This document shows, piece after piece, positions 10,732 through 21,101 of a stretch of 64,000 bases of DNA (position 1 is its first letter; each line of letters begins with the position of its first letter). Position numbers and translations under genes: made by a program. This DNA comes from Paramoeba atlantica (Eukaryota; Protista; Discosea). The stretch spans positions 248,001 through 312,000 of the forward strand of contig CDRNVI010000021.1 of the NCBI GenBank assembly GCA_977017575.1. The letters are read 5' to 3'. Under the pieces are notes generated by a model. It was given only the letters and a program-made list of their open reading frames with translations, was not told where the DNA came from and made no database searches.

Positions 10732-11067
10732 CATACATACATACATACATACATACATACATACATACATACATACATACATACATACATACATACATAC
10801 ATACATACATACATACATACATACATACATACATACATACATACATACATACATACATACATACATACATACATACATACATACATACATACATACATAC
10901 ATACATACATACATACATACATACATACATACATACATACATACATACATACATACATACATACATACATACATACATACATACATACATACATACATAC
11001 ATACATACATACATACATACATACATACATACATACATACATACATACATACATACATACATACATA
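10732..11067. repeat. Perfect (CATA)n microsatellite, 84 units
   Basis: Uninterrupted cata repeat of 336 bp. Confidence 0.98.
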
Positions 11068-11378
11068 CCAGCTTGCTTTTATGTGCCCAGGCGAGGAATA
11101 AGCCCTTTCGGAGTGCTATTATGTTCCGGAGATCGTCCACAATCCCGTCGTTGTGGCATGAATAGGAGCAAAAAACAGAAAAATTGTGAAAATTGCAGGA
11201 TTTCGTCTTCCAAAACACTAAGTTTTTTTATATGCATTCGAAAATCTAATTAACACGGATACGGTATATGCACGTTCATGAGCCCTGTTCGAGATCTCTC
11301 GAATGCGCTATTATTTTCCAAAAATGGCCAAATTTTACGAATTTTAGACCACCCCACATCCAAATTTACACCCCTGTA
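11068..11378. mobile_element. Tc1/mariner-like element end, copy B, embedded in CATA repeats
   Basis: Diverged copy of 9889-10198 ending CACCCCTG|TA, followed by a short CATA run. Confidence 0.65.
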
Positions 11379-11412
11379 CATACATACATACATACACATT
11401 CTATGTTATACA

Positions 11413-11470
11413 TACAGGGGTGACTAATTTTGGACAATAGTAGTGTATTCGAGAGCTCTGGAACAGACGA
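11413..11470. mobile_element. Inverted, diverged Tc1-like end (TA|CAGGGGTG), copy C
   Basis: tacaggggtg..tattcgagagctctggaacag resembles the reverse complement of the A/B ends, with an internal deletion. Confidence 0.55.
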
Positions 11471-11784
11471 CCAGTGCTTGCCATCCCCTTGGGAAAATCA
11501 AGCACTGCATTTTAACAAATATGTCAAAAAAGTTGGGAGAAAAGAGAAAACCGACCAAAAAAGCATATCCCCCCCAGGAAGAGAGATTTATCCATTTTGA
11601 CCCAAAACCCATTATCTTACTGGGGGGTATGCGGTACCAATTAACAATTTATTAATTTTTGATTTACGAATTAATGTTACATTAATAATTGTGTGCACTG
11701 TAATCAGAATAAATTTATAGAATTCTTTATATTAAGTAGCTTCAATTTTACACCAAACGCGGCCTATCTATTTTTTATGAAAAG

Positions 11785-12081
11785 ATGCGACTTGCCGTTT
11801 TCGCCGAATTTATAGGTAAATCCACTTTTCAGCATTTGCCGCTATGTGTCACGGCTGACATTGCTTTAACCAGAATGGAACTCAAGAAAAGCGCCGAAAT
11901 TGAATGCGTGGAGCGAAATGCAAAGCTTTTCTACGAGCCCGAGGAGGCGCTTATGGTTGACGATGCCTTAAAACAGCTTCAAAGTATCGGGTACACGGTT
12001 GTTGACAGAACTCCAAATACATCCCCACGGCCCACGTCATGGGCTTTTTCGGATCGTATTATTCTCTCTTACACAGGCTAA
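11785..12081 (+). CDS. Hypothetical protein (98 aa)
   Basis: ATG-started ORF in AT-rich flanks; first ORF of the + strand cluster; no motif recognised. Confidence 0.35.
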   Translation: MRLAVFAEFIGKSTFQHLPLCVTADIALTRMELKKSAEIECVERNAKLFYEPEEALMVDDALKQLQSIGYTVVDRTPNTSPRPTSWAFSDRIILSYTG

Positions 12082-12402
12082 CGGAATATGTATTCATTTT
12101 TTTAGTTTCTTCCTTACTTCACTAGGAAAGAAACGGTAGACTGCGGTCGCAATCGTAAGCACTACACCATAGAAAACATTCACTTAGTACTCAGTGAAAT
12201 GAGATACGTGCTGCAAAAGTGCGTGGTCCTTTCTCATTACATATCTGCTTTCGAAAACTCAAAGTGGCCATAACGAAAATTTAAACTCGAAATTTCAAAA
12301 TAAAACACACACATTCAGGCTATCTAAGTTAACATTCCCACACATTTATTTATCCCCCCCCCTCTTCTTTTATTCCTCACTTTCTTCTATCCCTTCACCT
12401 CT

Positions 12403-13044
12403 ATGGACGCCTCGGACGCACCCCGCTCCATCTACGCACGACGAGGGGACGCGCTCGAGATGATTTGCGCTGGACCTTTTCACACCGTCGAGGAGCTCCG
12501 CGCCAAGGTCCCCACCCTCTCCGGGGTAATCCAGTGCAGCCCCTCGGGTGCCCCCCTTAGCCGTGCGCTCCTCCTCTCCTCCCCCCACACCACACTCGAG
12601 GCCGGGGGGTGTTACTTAGCCTACGAGAGTGTCAGTCTGGTGGAGGAGGAGGAGCAGCAGCAGCACGGGGAGGGGGAGGGGAGGGGAGTTACTACTACTA
12701 CGACCCCCCCACCGAACCAAGCCACCTTGGGGGGAATCGTCGAACCCCATGGTGGGGATACGACCCCCTCCCCCTCCTCCCACCCCTCTCGTGTCACGTC
12801 ACTCCCGGTGCCATCGCGTCGTCGGGTTACGTTTCACAACGCGCTCCGTCGACCCGTACTCCAGCATGAGATGGTGGAGTGGCAAGGGGAGGGGGACGGG
12901 GGGGCCAGGAGTGCGTCCCTGGGGGATATCCTGGATAGCCTGCCTGTGCTTCCCCCGCTACAGGACCTCTCCCCGTGGTGGGGAAGCCAGCGGAACGGGG
13001 GAGAGACCCCCATGCCCACGGAGGTGGGGGAAGGGGTGGATTGA
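12403..13044 (+). CDS. Hypothetical low-complexity protein (213 aa)
   Basis: ATG follows a long pyrimidine tract; no family recognised. Confidence 0.5.
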   Translation: MDASDAPRSIYARRGDALEMICAGPFHTVEELRAKVPTLSGVIQCSPSGAPLSRALLLSSPHTTLEAGGCYLAYESVSLVEEEEQQQHGEGEGRGVTTTTTPPPNQATLGGIVEPHGGDTTPSPSSHPSRVTSLPVPSRRRVTFHNALRRPVLQHEMVEWQGEGDGGARSASLGDILDSLPVLPPLQDLSPWWGSQRNGGETPMPTEVGEGVD

Positions 13045-13453
13045 GGGACCACGGGAAGTTCAAGGGAGGGGACGGAGGGAGAGGGTAGTACTCTCGGGAA
13101 CGCGCTTTCTGTGAAAGCGTTGTGAAACGGGAGGAGGTAGGGACTACTGGTGAACCGAAAAGGGTTTGTCTGTAGTTGAGGTGATGAGAGGTCACTGCAT
13201 GTTTTGTATTGAGTTTGTACATACATGTTACCTTTCGTACGTACTGTTCAAACAATATTGTATTTTAGGGCAGAGAAGTCAACCGCAGCATTTCATTCTG
13301 GGAATTTTACCTAGGCTTCATTAATCTTTGTAGGTGGGAGCAGTACTTCAATAAAAGGACTATGTTATGTGTAATTCCCCCGTCCTGAAAACGTTGTCTG
13401 TGTAGTCAAAAAGTAACGGGTGACTTGACTCATTTCATTGCAAGACTTTTAAG

Positions 13454-15400
13454 ATGGATGTTTATCGGCAGGCAGGGTTTGTGGTTACCGAATGCGCGGA
13501 ACACAGAGGCTCTCTGAACTTATGCCTGGGGAAAGCCATGGAGAAGAAACGTCAAACCTTTGCCGTCGCCAGCGAGACCCTCAAGCGCCTGCCCTTGTTA
13601 GATGAGATTATCCACGAGTTAAATCTCCTTATTCCCGCCCAAGCCACCTTACGTCACCATCCCACCATACAAACCGCCGAAACCCTCGGCATCCTCCGCA
13701 CCATGCTACACGACCACCTCTTCGCCGGAGGTATCCGTACCTCCAAATACATCGCCACCGTGATCCGTCTCCACCACGATGCCATCACCCAAACCTCCAC
13801 CCGCATCTCCCCCCCGGAGACTCCCCCCCCAACCCCCCCCCTCCCCCCTCCCCCCCTCCCCTCCTACATCCGTCTCAACTACCTGCTCGCCCCCTGCTGG
13901 TGGCTCCCCTCCCCGTGGGTCGGGGCGGCGTGTGCCCCGGACGTGCTCGCGCTCCCCCCGGGGTCCCCCCCGGGGTGGGTGCGGGGGGCCGCGGGCCGGG
14001 GGTGGGTGCTGCAGCAGCGCCTGGGGTCGTGCCTGCCCGCGCACGCGCTGTGGGGGGCGGCGGGGGGGGTGACGCGGGTGGTGGACGCGTGCGCGGCCCC
14101 GGGGAACAAGACGCTGCAGCTGGCGTCGCTGTGGTGGAAGGGGAGGAGGGAGGGGGGGAGGGAGAAGGGGGGGGGAAAGGGGGGGGAGGAGGGGGAGGGG
14201 GGTAGAAAGAGGGAGGAGGGGGAGGGGGGTGGAAAGGTAGAGGAAGAGGGGAGGGAGGAGGGGGAGGGGGGTAGGAAGAGGGGGGAGGGGGAGGGGGATG
14301 GAAAGGTAGAGGAAGAGGGGAGGGAGGAGGGGAAGGTGGAGGAGAGGGAAGAGGAAGAGGGGAGGGAGGAGGGGGAGAGGGAAGAGGAAGAGGGGGGTGG
14401 AAAGAGGGAGGAGGGGGAGGGGGATGGAAAGGTAGAGGAAGAGGGGAGGGAGGAGAGGGAAGAGGGGGGTAGAAAGAGGAAGGGGGAGAGGAAAAGGAAG
14501 AGGGAGAAGCCTAAGGCGAAGAGGGATTGTGTTCCCCAAGCAAACAAGGGGGAGGAGGGAGAAACGGGGAGGAAAGAGGAGAGGGTGGGTGGTTTAGTAC
14601 GAAAACAGGGAGATGGGGGTGAAGAGAGGGAGACAGGACAGAGGGCGGGTTTAAGTCTTCAAAATCAAGGGGGGGTAGGTGACGAGATGAATACGGGGGA
14701 GTGTGTGCGTTCGTTTATTCAAAATCAAGCAGGGGTGGGTAAGGAGGGGGACTCGGGAAAGGAGCCTCTTCCCGCACTCCAAGACCATCTCCAATCTCGA
14801 GATCAAACCGAAAACTCGGAACCCTCTCTCCACATTGTCGCCATAGAACGCGACCCCACACGGTTCAACACCCTACAACGTCGTGTGACCCAGTACGGGG
14901 GCGACCCCTACATTGAGTGCCGTCTCGGAGATTTTACCAATTTCTTCTGGGAGGACGCCCAGGCGATTCTGTGTGACCCCAGCTGCTCAGGGGGACATGA
15001 AAAGGGGGAGGGGGAGACGGATGGCGTATCCGAGGCCCGGATACGCAAACTACGTGGGTTTCAACGTAAAGTGGTGTACCACGCGTTAACCGCGTTCCCG
15101 AACGCAACGACTGTGGTATACAGCACGTGTAGTGCACGGGTAGAGGAGAATGAGGAGGTGGTGTTGTGGGGGTTGGAGCAGGGGGAGGTGAGCGGGAGGG
15201 GGTGGGGGGTGAGGGAGACGTTGCCGGGGTGGAGGGAGAGGGGGTGGAAGGTGGAGGGGTGGGGAGAGGGGGCGGAGGAGAGGGTGGCGGAGGTGGCGAA
15301 AAAATGTGTAAGGTGTGTGGAGAGGCCATTTTTTGTGGCTACGTTTACGAGGGAGTGTCCGGGAGGAGGGGGGAGAAAAAGAAAGAGGAAGGGTTCGTAG
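13454..15400 (+). CDS. NSUN5: NOL1/NOP2/Sun-family rRNA m5C methyltransferase (NSUN5/Rcm1-like) with a large Gly/Glu/Arg insertion
   Basis: DACAAPGNKT (motif I), VAIERD, ILCDPSCSG (motif IV), VVYSTCS..EENEEVV (motif VI); NSUN5-like N-terminus. Confidence 0.8.
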   Translation: MDVYRQAGFVVTECAEHRGSLNLCLGKAMEKKRQTFAVASETLKRLPLLDEIIHELNLLIPAQATLRHHPTIQTAETLGILRTMLHDHLFAGGIRTSKYIATVIRLHHDAITQTSTRISPPETPPPTPPLPPPPLPSYIRLNYLLAPCWWLPSPWVGAACAPDVLALPPGSPPGWVRGAAGRGWVLQQRLGSCLPAHALWGAAGGVTRVVDACAAPGNKTLQLASLWWKGRREGGREKGGGKGGEEGEGGRKREEGEGGGKVEEEGREEGEGGRKRGEGEGDGKVEEEGREEGKVEEREEEEGREEGEREEEEGGGKREEGEGDGKVEEEGREEREEGGRKRKGERKRKREKPKAKRDCVPQANKGEEGETGRKEERVGGLVRKQGDGGEERETGQRAGLSLQNQGGVGDEMNTGECVRSFIQNQAGVGKEGDSGKEPLPALQDHLQSRDQTENSEPSLHIVAIERDPTRFNTLQRRVTQYGGDPYIECRLGDFTNFFWEDAQAILCDPSCSGGHEKGEGETDGVSEARIRKLRGFQRKVVYHALTAFPNATTVVYSTCSARVEENEEVVLWGLEQGEVSGRGWGVRETLPGWRERGWKVEGWGEGAEERVAEVAKKCVRCVERPFFVATFTRECPGGGGRKRKRKGS

Positions 15401-15672
15401 GAGTGAAAGGTGTGAGTCGATGGGGCTGAGCTTAGAAGGTGGAATTCGTCGATTAGTGATATTCGAAGGATATGTGTTGATAGGGAGACTCTTTGATAGA
15501 GAAAAGAATCACTCGTTTGCTTGACCCCTTTTAGCTTTCCGCACCTTTTAGCTTTCACAACGCTTGACTCACTTTTCAATGACAGTTTGTATTTTTTAAA
15601 TTCATCATGTTATGACATAATGCAAAGTGCTTGCCACACGTTTGAGTTTTATTGACCGAAGAATTAAAATTG

Positions 15673-16617
15673 ATGGGTTGGATTTTACTCCATGGCGGTG
15701 TGTTTAACAATCGTCACCCTTTGGAATGCAATCGTATGTATACGCTTGGAAGGAAGGACACCGATCTCACATTTTCAGAGGACATGAGTCTAAGTCGCAT
15801 GCACGCTACACTTGAGGTAACAAGGAGCGGAGTCATGTTTCGTGATCACTCTCGCTTCGGAAGTAGCTTAGGGGATCAAAAAATTCGTCCTGGGTCACGT
15901 GAGCCGTTACTCTTAAAGGCACATCAGAAACTTTTACTTGGTGCCTCCACACAATTGCAGTTGATCTGGGAACCGGATAAGGTTGCAAACGAAGAAGTGA
16001 ATGATTCACAGTCGAAACTTTCATCACAGAGGGACACTAATATTCAGGTAACACCGGCCAACAATGCACCAAAAGGGGGTTCTATCTCAAAGCCCATCTC
16101 AGCACCGACAACTCATGAAGTGCGTATTTTTGGTCCCGAGACTCGTGTCGTTTCCGTGGCTCTAAAACATGAGAAAGCACCACTCGTACTCTCCACCACA
16201 CGGAAGAAGTCGTTCGTAAAGCAGTCCTTGCGACAAGACTGCCAGCCTTTGAGGAAAGTATCTACGAATACAAGTCACGATAAAGTTGGACTTTGCCAGA
16301 CAGACCAAAGATCGTATTACGAATTAAAGGTGGCCACGAAGAATGTTCCGTTCGTAGATCTGGTGACTGATGATTGGCTTGAGGCTCCTCGGTTTGATAG
16401 CAACATCTTTGCAGCACCTAATTTAGATTCTCATAAGACAAGTTCTCCTACAAGCTCCAGGGTTCATGAAACAAACAAGAGAGCAGTTGTATCGCGAAAA
16501 AGAGTCAGACAAGGAGATGCTGGAACCGATTTGGCAACTATTGAAGCAAATAGTTTACCAATAGGAAACAGTTCATCTAAAAAAGACATGTTTGATCTCA
16601 CATGCTCACAATGGTAA
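15673..16617 (+). CDS. N-terminal FHA-domain protein, nibrin/NBS1-like
   Basis: YTLGRKDTDL..DMSLSRMHATL..DHSRFGS FHA signature. Later RKKSFVKQ resembles the Mre11-binding motif. No BRCT recognised. Confidence 0.55.
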   Translation: MGWILLHGGVFNNRHPLECNRMYTLGRKDTDLTFSEDMSLSRMHATLEVTRSGVMFRDHSRFGSSLGDQKIRPGSREPLLLKAHQKLLLGASTQLQLIWEPDKVANEEVNDSQSKLSSQRDTNIQVTPANNAPKGGSISKPISAPTTHEVRIFGPETRVVSVALKHEKAPLVLSTTRKKSFVKQSLRQDCQPLRKVSTNTSHDKVGLCQTDQRSYYELKVATKNVPFVDLVTDDWLEAPRFDSNIFAAPNLDSHKTSSPTSSRVHETNKRAVVSRKRVRQGDAGTDLATIEANSLPIGNSSSKKDMFDLTCSQW

Positions 16618-17109
16618 CTTCATTTAAACCCTGTAAGGAAGGCTTCCAAGAAGAACGAACAATGCTAGAGAGATCCATAGCACAGAGCGTGCCCTGACCT
16701 ATTGCAGAACCTTTTTATTTCCCAAGTCCGAAGGGAGAGGAAGTAGAGCTGGAATTGGGTTGGCAATGCCAGGCAAAACATTTAGAGGAAGCTCACCTTT
16801 TGTAGTGTAAGGTTCTCGTTGTATAGGTGGAGCATTCACCGTGAGATTGAAGATGTTTTATTAATTCGGCTGACCTGCGCACTCCCATGTGGCAAGTACT
16901 GTTTTATACATATTGTCAATTTGTTTTTACACATTCACAATCTGATGATTCAGATTATGCTCTTCACCTTTCTGAACTTTCTAAAGTATACATGTACATT
17001 GACCAAATTTTCGAATTATCCGGTGAATCTTACACTAAGAAGAAATATTATACATTCGCCACTAGAGATTTACATATGCGAACAATTTATCATACGCCCA
17101 GTTTAGTAC

Positions 17110-17997
17110 ATGTCGGATTCCACTAAATTTCAAATACCCAAAAAATTATTGCAGCGTATTCAGGCACGCGAAGCACGTTTAAAAGAAAACAAAGAAGCCA
17201 AAGAACCAGAAGACAATGCGGCTGGGAGCAATTCGCGTCATTCAGGGTCTCAAAAAGTTTGCACTATTGATTGGGAGAAAGTTCAGTTCAAGTGGCAGAC
17301 GGAAAGAAGGGATAATTTGTTGACAGAAACAAAAAGTACTGACATACCCGTGTCGTACAACCCAGGTAGCGGAACTCCTGTTGTTGTTTCCCACACTGCA
17401 TTTGAAGCAAGGAATGGTTCCAAAGAAACAAATGTAAACGAAACTGATCTGCCTGAAAAATGTATACGGGACCGCACAGGTGAAAGAATAGAAAAATTTG
17501 AAATCCAAACTCCTAACAGAGTTACTCAGCTTCTCGAAAATTTAACAGAATGTCGGGTATATTTGGCTCCTGTGGCAGGTTCTTTATTGATTAGAAATTG
17601 TAAGAAATGCGTATTTTACCTTTCCTCCCACCAGCTTCGGATACACTCATGTGCTTCCTGTATTTTTCACACCAACACAGCTACTTCCCCCGTTATTGAA
17701 CGATGCACTCTGCTGCTCTTTGGTTCCTACTGTCCAAAAAAAGGAAAATCTGACCATACCCTTTCTCTCGGAGATTGGGAAGTAAATTACGAACCAATTG
17801 AGAGAATCGCAGACAACTGGATAAAGAGTCAAATTTTGCCACCTGGGAGTAACGCAACTGTCTCAGAACTCCTTGACCCTACTGTTGTGGGCTTGCCGCA
17901 CAATGAATCATTGAGCAATGGGAAAGTGATGGATTTTTCGTGGCACCGAAGCGGACCGAGTCCGAATTGGGCTGAAATCACGGAATCAGAAAAATGA
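17110..17997 (+). CDS. TBCC: Tubulin-binding cofactor C-domain protein
   Basis: LENLTECRVY..GSLLIRNC..HQLRIH..SPVIERC and KVMDFSW..SPNW. Confidence 0.85.
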   Translation: MSDSTKFQIPKKLLQRIQAREARLKENKEAKEPEDNAAGSNSRHSGSQKVCTIDWEKVQFKWQTERRDNLLTETKSTDIPVSYNPGSGTPVVVSHTAFEARNGSKETNVNETDLPEKCIRDRTGERIEKFEIQTPNRVTQLLENLTECRVYLAPVAGSLLIRNCKKCVFYLSSHQLRIHSCASCIFHTNTATSPVIERCTLLLFGSYCPKKGKSDHTLSLGDWEVNYEPIERIADNWIKSQILPPGSNATVSELLDPTVVGLPHNESLSNGKVMDFSWHRSGPSPNWAEITESEK

Positions 17998-18384
17998 TCC
18001 GTTGAGCTGCGCTGTCTGCTACTCTTGCTTAGTTGTTTATCCCTACGATCAGATACGTACAACAGGTCACTCCTGAGTGGAGGGAGCGGAGTGCCAAGAA
18101 CGCAACCACGTTGGTGCCGCCTTGGACAAGCGAAAACTGGTAAAGGACGTCGGTCCCGGAACTTCCCAATCTGGAAGGGTCTGGCTTGCTAGATCCGGAG
18201 TAATCCGGAATGATTCGGATTTTTTTGGTCACCTCTGAGTGAAAAAACGAGCAAAGAATCGCTTTCTTAATTTCCAATGTGCAACGGACCATTCTCAGAA
18301 TCGTGACTCTTACCATATCCAACCTGATCCCCTTTTGACGTCTATCTCCACCCTCTCTTCCCTTCTCCCTCCCTCCCCCCCTCC

Positions 18385-19396
18385 ATGAACCTCGACCACT
18401 GGGAACACACCCTTCGCACCGGCACCCCCCTCCCCGCCCCCTCCATGCACGCCCTCCTCCGTGCCGCCATGGATCTCCTCATCGAGGAACCCAACCTCAT
18501 CCCCCCCCCGTCACCATCTGCGGCAACCTCCACGGTCAGTACCTTGACCTATCCGGATCATTCCGGATGGCTCCGGATGGTCACTGGCAAGCCAGACCCT
18601 TCACAGACAGATTTGGAACCTTGACCTGCTCCACCTCCTCTCGCTTACGGAGGGAGCAGCACAAGAGGGAGCCCCCCAGCAGCGTTACCCCTTCCTGGGT
18701 GACCTCGTGGACCGCGGGTACCACGCCGTGGAGACCCTCTCCCTGCTGCCCGTGCGGAAGCGCCGCGCCCCCGCCCGTGTCACGCTACTCCGGGGGAACC
18801 ACGAGACGCGCGCCGTGAGTGCCGTCTACGGGTTGACTCTGGGACGAGTGCCAGCGTACGTACGGCGGGGGGGGGGGTGGCGGCGGTGCACGGAGCTGTT
18901 TGATCGGCTCCCCGTGGCCGCGGTGGTGGGGGAGACGGTGCTGGGCGTGCATGGGGGGATAAGCCCCCCGTGGAGGGGGCTGGGGGAGGTGCAGACGGTG
19001 GGGAGACGGCAGGAGGTGCCGTGTGAGGGGGTGCTGTGTGATGTGGTGGGGTCGGATCCGGATGGGGAGGTGGGGGGGTGAGTCCGAGAGGGGCGGGGTG
19101 GTTGGTTGGGGAACGACCGGGTAGGGCGTTTATGCGGGTGAATGGGTTGTCGTTGCTGTGTCGTGCGCATCAGTTGGTGGCGGATGGGTATCAGTTTTTT
19201 TTAGTATCAGTACCATTTTGAGGGAGAGGAGGTGGTGACGGTGTGGAGTGCGCCGAATTATTGCTACCGTTGTGGGAATCTCGCTAGTGTGCTTTGTTTG
19301 GATGGGAATCTCCGTCGTACGTTTCGCACGATTAAGGAGGTGAGGCCACAATTTCATGAGGAGGCAGTCGCCGAACGTCCGGCGTATTTTTTGTAA
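18385..19396 (+). pseudogene. PP2A-family (PP6/Sit4- or PP4-like) Ser/Thr phosphatase catalytic subunit pseudogene
   Basis: GNLHGQ (for GDxHGQ), FLGDLVDRG, LRGNHE, HGGISP, RAHQLV, TVWSAPNYCYRCGN and terminal YFL, spread over several frames; contains a TSD-flanked insertion. Confidence 0.85.
18551..18617. mobile_element. 67-bp insertion with 10-bp TSD (ACCTTGACCT)
   Basis: TSD at 18541-18550 and 18618-18627. The insert is the reverse complement of a related ~55-bp sequence at ~18166-18220. Confidence 0.8.
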
Positions 19397-20297
19397 GAGA
19401 GCGGGGAAGGCGCCGCTGTGGGGAGTGCAGCCTCTGAGGTAGTGAATGCGGTGGTGTTTTGAGGGTGACATTTATTCCTGCAAGAGCCCCCTGCTGATAC
19501 TCGTCCCTACCGACTCACGTCCCTACCGACTGGGACCGAGTCGGTTGCAGTACGCCCCTCCGGCTGCAGTAATAAAGAGAGGGTGAGTTGCCTGGACCCC
19601 GTCTACCGACAGAGTCCGTGCTAATCCTCTTGGTGCGACATCCGTCATTACGGATTGTGCCAATGATATCGGCTGTCGCATCAAGGGCTGTATCTCTGCG
19701 CCAACGAGCGCATGAACATCAAACAGAAATGGAAATTTGTACCTTTTACTCATCGTAGGGGTGCTATGAATGAGACGTTCATACCTCAACATCCCAAGGT
19801 TTTGTTTCAACGCGCCAACGAAATAGTGCGGATAGAATAACGCTTATTTTTCCGTGTTTGCATTGGCAGGTTACACTCTTCTTAAGAAGAGCATTAGAAG
19901 TTGTACTGATCACTTGTCATGATCTCCATGGGTGATCGGCTGCGATATACAAGTTGCTGCAAGGATGCTTCCCTTGAAGTATAATGAATGTAGAACAACT
20001 ATTAGAAAGGATAACAGTTGAGGGGCTGCGGGTGAGGCCCAAAACGAAATCACGTGAGATCACGCGAGATCGCTCGGGAGCGGATTCAGCTCGGGAGGGT
20101 AGTTGGGCGATCTCAAAACGAGTTCACGTGAGATCACGCGAGATCATACCCACAGCCTCTCAGTTCTTGTTTGATACAAATCTCCCATTAAAGGGCTGTC
20201 TAATGCGTTCCGATGATCCGTGCTATGAGAGATGCTATGCGAGAGGAAAAGAAAAATTTCCTATTCGTTTCTCATAAAATAAGTTAGAGGAAAATGA

Positions 20298-20341
20298 TCT
20301 TTTAACTCTCTTACTCATGTCAACCCTTCCTCTCTCTTCAG
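20298..20341 (+). promoter_or_regulatory. Putative trans-splice acceptor (polypyrimidine tract + AG)
   Basis: ctcttactcatgtcaacccttcctctctcttcAG, 47 nt upstream of the ATG at 20388. Confidence 0.4.
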
Positions 20342-20387
20342 CACCCCAATTTCCTTTTTAACCCCCTTCCACACACACCCTCCCCCC

Positions 20388-21101
20388 ATGTTCAACATCC
20401 CCGTCGCCGACACCCTCCCCCCCACCCCCGCCGCCGAAGCCCGTCTCTTTGTCGGCCAAATCGCCTACAGCGCCACCGAGCACCACCTCTCCTCCCTCTT
20501 CTCCGCCTACGGACGCCTCACCAAGGTGTTCGTGCTGCGCACCCCGGAGGGCCTGAGCAAGGGGGCGGCGTTCGTCTCCTACGACGCCACCCACGACGCG
20601 GACTGTGCCATCGCGGCCCTCCACGACCGGTACCACATGCTGCCGGACAAGCCGCTGCAGGTCTCCTACGCGCGCAGCTCCCCGAACATCTCCGCCTGGG
20701 GCCGGGCCCACGCGGTGGGGCTCACGCAGCGGGACGGGCACAACCCGGTGCCGGTGGCGGTGCCGGGGGTGCGGGTGGAGGTCCCGCTGACCCTACCCGT
20801 CGGGGGGGCCTGGGGGGGAGGGGGAGGGACAGGGGGGATGGGGGTAGGGACAGGGGGGATGGGGATAGGGACAGGGGGGATGGGAGTAGGGACAGGGGGA
20901 ATGGGAGTGGGGACAGGAGGGATGGAGGTCGGAGGGGGAGGAGAGGTAGGGGGAGGAGGGATGGGGATAGGGGGAATGGTACCGCAGGTATCAAGAGGTG
21001 TGGGGTATGGTCATGACGTCCCAACGGGGGTGATGTATGGATCGGGTGGGGTAGGGGTAGGGGGGATGGGTCATGGGGTGGTACCGAATGGGTTGGGGTA
21101 G
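20388..21101 (+). CDS. Single-RRM RNA-binding protein (CELF/Bruno-like RRM) with Gly-rich tail
   Basis: RNP2 LFVGQI and RNP1 KGAAFVSY; tail contains ~5 x 21-nt repeats (GTGGMGV). Confidence 0.8.
   Translation: MFNIPVADTLPPTPAAEARLFVGQIAYSATEHHLSSLFSAYGRLTKVFVLRTPEGLSKGAAFVSYDATHDADCAIAALHDRYHMLPDKPLQVSYARSSPNISAWGRAHAVGLTQRDGHNPVPVAVPGVRVEVPLTLPVGGAWGGGGGTGGMGVGTGGMGIGTGGMGVGTGGMGVGTGGMEVGGGGEVGGGGMGIGGMVPQVSRGVGYGHDVPTGVMYGSGGVGVGGMGHGVVPNGLG

Noticed and set aside
10640-11218. ORFs of IHTY/MYVC repeats
   Set aside because: Translation of the (CATA)n microsatellite.
16620-17126. Short ORFs between the FHA gene and TBCC
   Set aside because: Stop-interrupted with no recognisable motif; possibly a decayed gene but unsupported.
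19440-20280. ORFs 19523..19810 (-) and 19984..20277 (+), and a cacgtgagatcacgcgagatc direct repeat
   Set aside because: No motif support; the repeat is short and may be a TE remnant, with insufficient evidence to call.
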